A DNA stretch of 63,993 nt, counting the filler, from Octopus bimaculoides (Eukaryota), in assembly GCF_001194135.2 (NCBI RefSeq). It is 3 parts of 3 records of this genome, joined end to end, with 100 filler letters (N's around TTAATTAATTAA, not from the genome) between each part and the next. Parts side by side here need not be neighbours in the genome. Positions count along the whole stretch, not along the records: positions 1 to 30,647 come from NC_068993.1; positions 30,748 to 61,864 come from NW_026356536.1; positions 61,965 to 63,993 come from NC_068983.1. One strand, given 5' to 3'. The translations under genes and the position numbers were made by a program. Within the stretch, counting starts at the first letter, position 1. The number at the start of each line of letters is the position of its first letter. A model generated the notes under the pieces. It was not told the DNA's origin, did no database searches, and saw only the letters and a program-made list of their open reading frames with translations. Of this stretch, positions 29,396-63,993 are shown piece by piece.

Positions 29396-30075
29396 ATCTA
29401 AAAATCTATTAGCTGATCTTTTAACTTAAACTTCTCACCTGCTTCACTGAGACATTGATAATACTTAACAACACTCACACACTCGTCTGTAATGTTTAAC
29501 ACAAGATACATCATAATTCAATGTTCATTTCTTTGAATTGACTTCAAGAATATTAAAGATATAATGTCAACGTACAAAAAATTTTAAAAATGCGTTCATA
29601 AGAATGACTTGTTAAGTATAAACTCTATTAACCTTTTGTTATAAACACACTACTGGATAATATAACTTCATATTCTTGGTGTTTTATTTCACTGAAAATA
29701 CTGAGTCAAGATGTGATATTTTGCTGCTATGATTGACATTAGATGTGTGACTGCTTACAGTACTAAGTGCTGATGAATTATCTATACAACAAGCAAGAAT
29801 GCAGGTGAATGTTGAAAGATAAGTTAAAAGGCGATGGGCATTTAACCTAATTTGAGAGAGAAGGGAATGAAAAATTGTTGTAATTGTTTGGTCAAGTATC
29901 AAACAATACATGGATGAAATCTCTTATGCCCGCAAGTGTTTTTCCTTTTCTTTCCTTGTTTCATCTTCACAGATATATGAAGTTTAATGTTTAATATTGT
30001 GTATAGAATAAAACGACCTCTCTCTCTCTCTCTCTCTTTCTTTACTTATATGTGTGTTTGTGTGTGTGTGTGTGT

Positions 30076-30161
<86 letters not shown>

Positions 30162-30647
30162 GTAAATATATAAAAACAAACGGATAAAGAGAGCAAAGGT
30201 AAAGTTGAAGAATTTTATGGATGTGTGTGTGTGTGTATATGTATGCATGTATGTATATACCTATCTATCTATACTGCACACATACATATACATTCACACG
30301 TATACAGACATGTGTATGTGTTTTTAGACAATGATATGGTGGCGAGCTGGCAGAATCATTAGCACACCAGTTGAAATGCTTAGCAGTATTTTGTCTGTCT
30401 TCATGTTCTGAGTTCAAATTCCGCCGAGGTCGACTTTGCCTTTCATCCTTTCAGGGTCAGTAAAATAAGTACCAGTTGAGTACTGGGGGTCGATGTAATT
30501 GTCTATACCCCTCCTCAAAATTTCATGCCTTGTGCCTATAATAGAAAGGACTATTATTATTATTATTGTTGTTGTTGTTATTATTACTATTATTATTATT
30601 GGTGAGCTAGCAGAATTGTCAGCACGCTGGACAAAATGCTTAGTGGT

Positions 30648-30747
30648 NNNNNNNNNNNNNNNNNNNNNNNNNNNNNNNNNNNNNNNNNNNNTTAATTAAT
30701 TAANNNNNNNNNNNNNNNNNNNNNNNNNNNNNNNNNNNNNNNNNNNN
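30648..30747. other. Artificial scaffold linker 44N-TTAATTAATTAA-44N
   Basis: Exactly 100 bp, with stops in all six frames. An identical construct is at 61865-61964. Confidence 0.9.
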
Positions 30748-61123
<30,376 letters not shown>

Positions 61124-61864
61124 CTGCATAATACAGCATAATTAAACATGGTTAATTGCTTTTTTGGGAAATGGGGAAATTACTATCATTAAATCTGATC
61201 TAAAACAAAGCTGAAAGCAGGGCCCAGCATGGGTGGGGCCCCATCATGAGGGATCAAGGCTGAGGTGTTTGGAATATTCCCATCTACACCTTTTCTTTCC
61301 CCAGAATGAATTATATTAAAATCAATGTACACCCTTCTGTTAGTCTTTTACTTGTTTGAGTCATTTGACTGCGGCCATGCTAGAGCAACGCCCCCCACCC
61401 CAGTCAAACAAATCAACCTCCAGGACTTATTCTTTGTAAGCCTCATACTTATTCTGTCGGTCTCTTTTGTTGAAATGGTAAGTTACGGGGATGTAAACAC
61501 ACCAACATTGTTGTCAAGCGATGGAGGAAGAACAAAGAGACACACACACACACGTCGTCGTCGTTTAACGTCCGCTTTCCATGCTAGCATGGGTTGGACG
61601 ATTTGACAGAGGACTGGTGGACCAGATGGCTACACCAGGCTCCAATCTGATTTGGCAGAGTTTCTACAGCTGGATGCCCTTCCTAACGCCAACCACTCAG
61701 AGAGTGTAGTGGGTGCTTTTACGTGTCACCCGCACGAAGGCCAGTCAGGGGGTACTGGCAACAATCCTGCTCGAAAGATTTCATGTGTCACTGCCTGCAC
61801 ATGAGCCAGCCCAGGGGCACCGGCAACGATCTCACTCGAAAGATTTCATGTGTCGCCCCCACAT

Positions 61865-61964
61865 NNNNNNNNNNNNNNNNNNNNNNNNNNNNNNNNNNNN
61901 NNNNNNNNTTAATTAATTAANNNNNNNNNNNNNNNNNNNNNNNNNNNNNNNNNNNNNNNNNNNN
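61865..61964. other. Artificial scaffold linker 44N-TTAATTAATTAA-44N
   Basis: Identical to 30648-30747. Confidence 0.9.
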
Positions 61965-62139
61965 TAGGGAAAACGAACACACGTGTGTTGCCTCTCTGCA
62001 AAATGTCAGAAGTAATGGAGATTAAATACGCTTTACACCGCTTAAACTGCCAAAGGAGTAACTGTAAACAGCTGAATACTTGTCAGTGATTGGTTGAAAT
62101 TATCGAAATAAGACAATTTTTTACATGAAATAAATTCGA

Positions 62140-63825
62140 ATACAAAAATTTTTTTCTGTTCTATAACACAAAATAGATAAGAATACGAAGTTTGAAAGTC
62201 TTTTGGTACCAAAAACACTACATAAAACATAAATGAAAACTGGTGCCCCCGTTTTGAACTAGATCCAAACCAAGCACATTAAACTCCAACTAAAGACATC
62301 TCAATTAAATGCACCTATTCCATTGTACATGATGAACATCAGGAAAATGGTTTCATCATAACATCTGCCCTCCACGCGGGAAGATACAAAGTTGAATCAG
62401 CGTAACGACTCTCTCTGTCTTTTGTTATTGATAGTTTTACGAGTCTTTCTGTAGGACATTAGGAAAGATCAAATTACATAAATGTGAGCATGCAAAGTGT
62501 AATGTAAATGCTCAACCAACTCATGTTCTTTTTTAATCATAGAGATAGATTTCAATTGACATGGCTTCAACGAGAGGATGCAAAAATGTTCCCAACTTAT
62601 TTTGCCATATATATACAGCGAGTTCACACCGAAAGCCAACAGGAAACCGATATCTGACTTTTACAAGAAAGCCTATCGTGCTTACTTTCACATCGAGCTT
62701 GGTGATTATGACAAATCATGGGCCCCTCACATTGTTTGCAAGACATGTTTGGAACACATGCAACAGTGGACTTCAGATACCCGAAAATCGCTGAGATTCA
62801 CTATTCCTATGATCTGGCGTGAGTCAAAGAACCACTCTGACGAATGTTACTTCTGCTCAGTCAGTGTTGCGGGGCTGAATCAAAAGAAACGCAGATCTCT
62901 CGACTATCCCAGTCTTCTTTCCGCTATTCGACCAGTGCCGCATTCAGATGATTTGTCAATCTCAGTTTTTCACGAAAATTTGTTGAAACTTGTTGAAAGT
63001 GACGAGTTTGATACTGATGTAAAAGAGAGACACAGCGAAAATGATCCTAACTATGTTCCCGAAACCGTGCCAGAGCCGTTTAACTAAAATGAGCTGAATG
63101 ATTTGGTTCGAGACTTAAATCTAAGCAAAGAATCAGCAGAACTTGTGGCCTCTACGCTCAAAGAAAAACACCTGCTAACAAAAGGCACAATGGTAACATT
63201 CTATCGAAATAGGAATGCTGAATTTGTACCATTCTTTAATGAGAACACGGATCTTGTTCATTGCAATGACTTTGAGAGCGTTCTTCTTCGACTAGGCGTC
63301 CACTGATACGATCCTGATGAATGGAGATTGTTCATTGATAGTTCAAAACGTAGTGTGAAATGTGTTTTGCTCCATAATACCAACATGTATGCACCAATAC
63401 CTACAGGTCATTCAACAACAACAAGATGCCATCAAACAGGTAATGGAACAGATTGACTACACCAAACATAAATGTGTGTTATGTATGTGTCGATTTGAAA
63501 ATGGTAAATTTCCTGCTTGGTCAACAAAGTGGCTACACGAAATTCCCATGTTTTTTGTGTGTGTGGAACAGTAGAGCAAAAGAGGAGCACTGAAAAAGGA
63601 AAGATTGGTCACCCTGAGAGTTGAAGGTCAGTGATAAGAACGTTATTAGTGCAGCGCTAGTGCCGAAAGAAAAAATCATCTTAACTCCCTCACATATCAA
63701 ATTGGGATTAATGAAACAGTATGTAAAATCACTCGACAAAGAAAGTAAATGTTTTGAGTATATATGTAAATCGTTTCCAGGACTTAGCACCGAAAAACTC
63801 AAAGCAAGAGTGTTTGATGTTCCTG
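62140..63825 (+). mobile_element. Decayed, 3'-truncated DNA transposon with CMC-superfamily (Chapaev3-like) transposase
   Basis: Broken ORFs from ATG 62561: CKNVPNLFC, DKSWAPHIVCKTC, PMIWRESKNHSDECYFC, ELNDLVRDLNLSKE, WRLFIDSS, VDLKMVNFLLGQQSGYTKFPCFLC, SHIKLGLMKQ. Subfamily name is from my recollection of this protein family; the left boundary is approximate. Confidence 0.75.
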
Positions 63826-63993
63826 TGTTATATGTTCATATCTATGTGCATGCATAGGTATACGTATATATGAATACATCTTCACTAGTAGTACTATTTC
63901 GTTAAGCGCATCTACTAAGCAGTATGAACTGTGTTTAAGGCAGATACGCACAGCGTGTATCACTCCGCTATAGACACTGTTTGTAAACATGTC

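Noticed and set aside
30692-30703. TTAATTAATTAA island between Ns (also 61909-61920) as a biological motif
   Set aside because: Both occurrences are identical 44N+12+44N constructs with six-frame stops, so this is an assembly linker.

Overview
Eukaryotic, AT-rich, microsatellite- and SINE-dense genomic DNA with 12 N-gaps. The repeat families suggest an octopus genome (inference). The main feature is a spliced minus-strand KDM5/lid H3K4 demethylase gene. I read 19 coding exons between 61123 and 30748 (2709 nt, 903 codons): PHD1, JmjC, C5HC2 zinc finger, PLU-1 and most of PHD2. All visible junctions are GT-AG with consistent phases. The JmjN/ARID exons and the C-terminal exons are not visible, and both ends of the gene abut identical 100-bp artificial linkers (44N-TTAATTAATTAA-44N). 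Also present: a decayed mariner with TIRs and TA duplication, a decayed CMC/Chapaev-like transposase, LINE fragments, several SINE families and many foldback MITEs. Bases 1-30647 contain no gene I can name, only orphan exon-like segments. I cannot support a genuinely new biological system. The best leads are inverted repeat pairs that bracket in-frame KDM5 domain modules (JmjC core, PHD1) and long intronic hairpins, which are candidate substrates for back-splicing, exon skipping or A-to-I editing. These are inferences that need RNA data.
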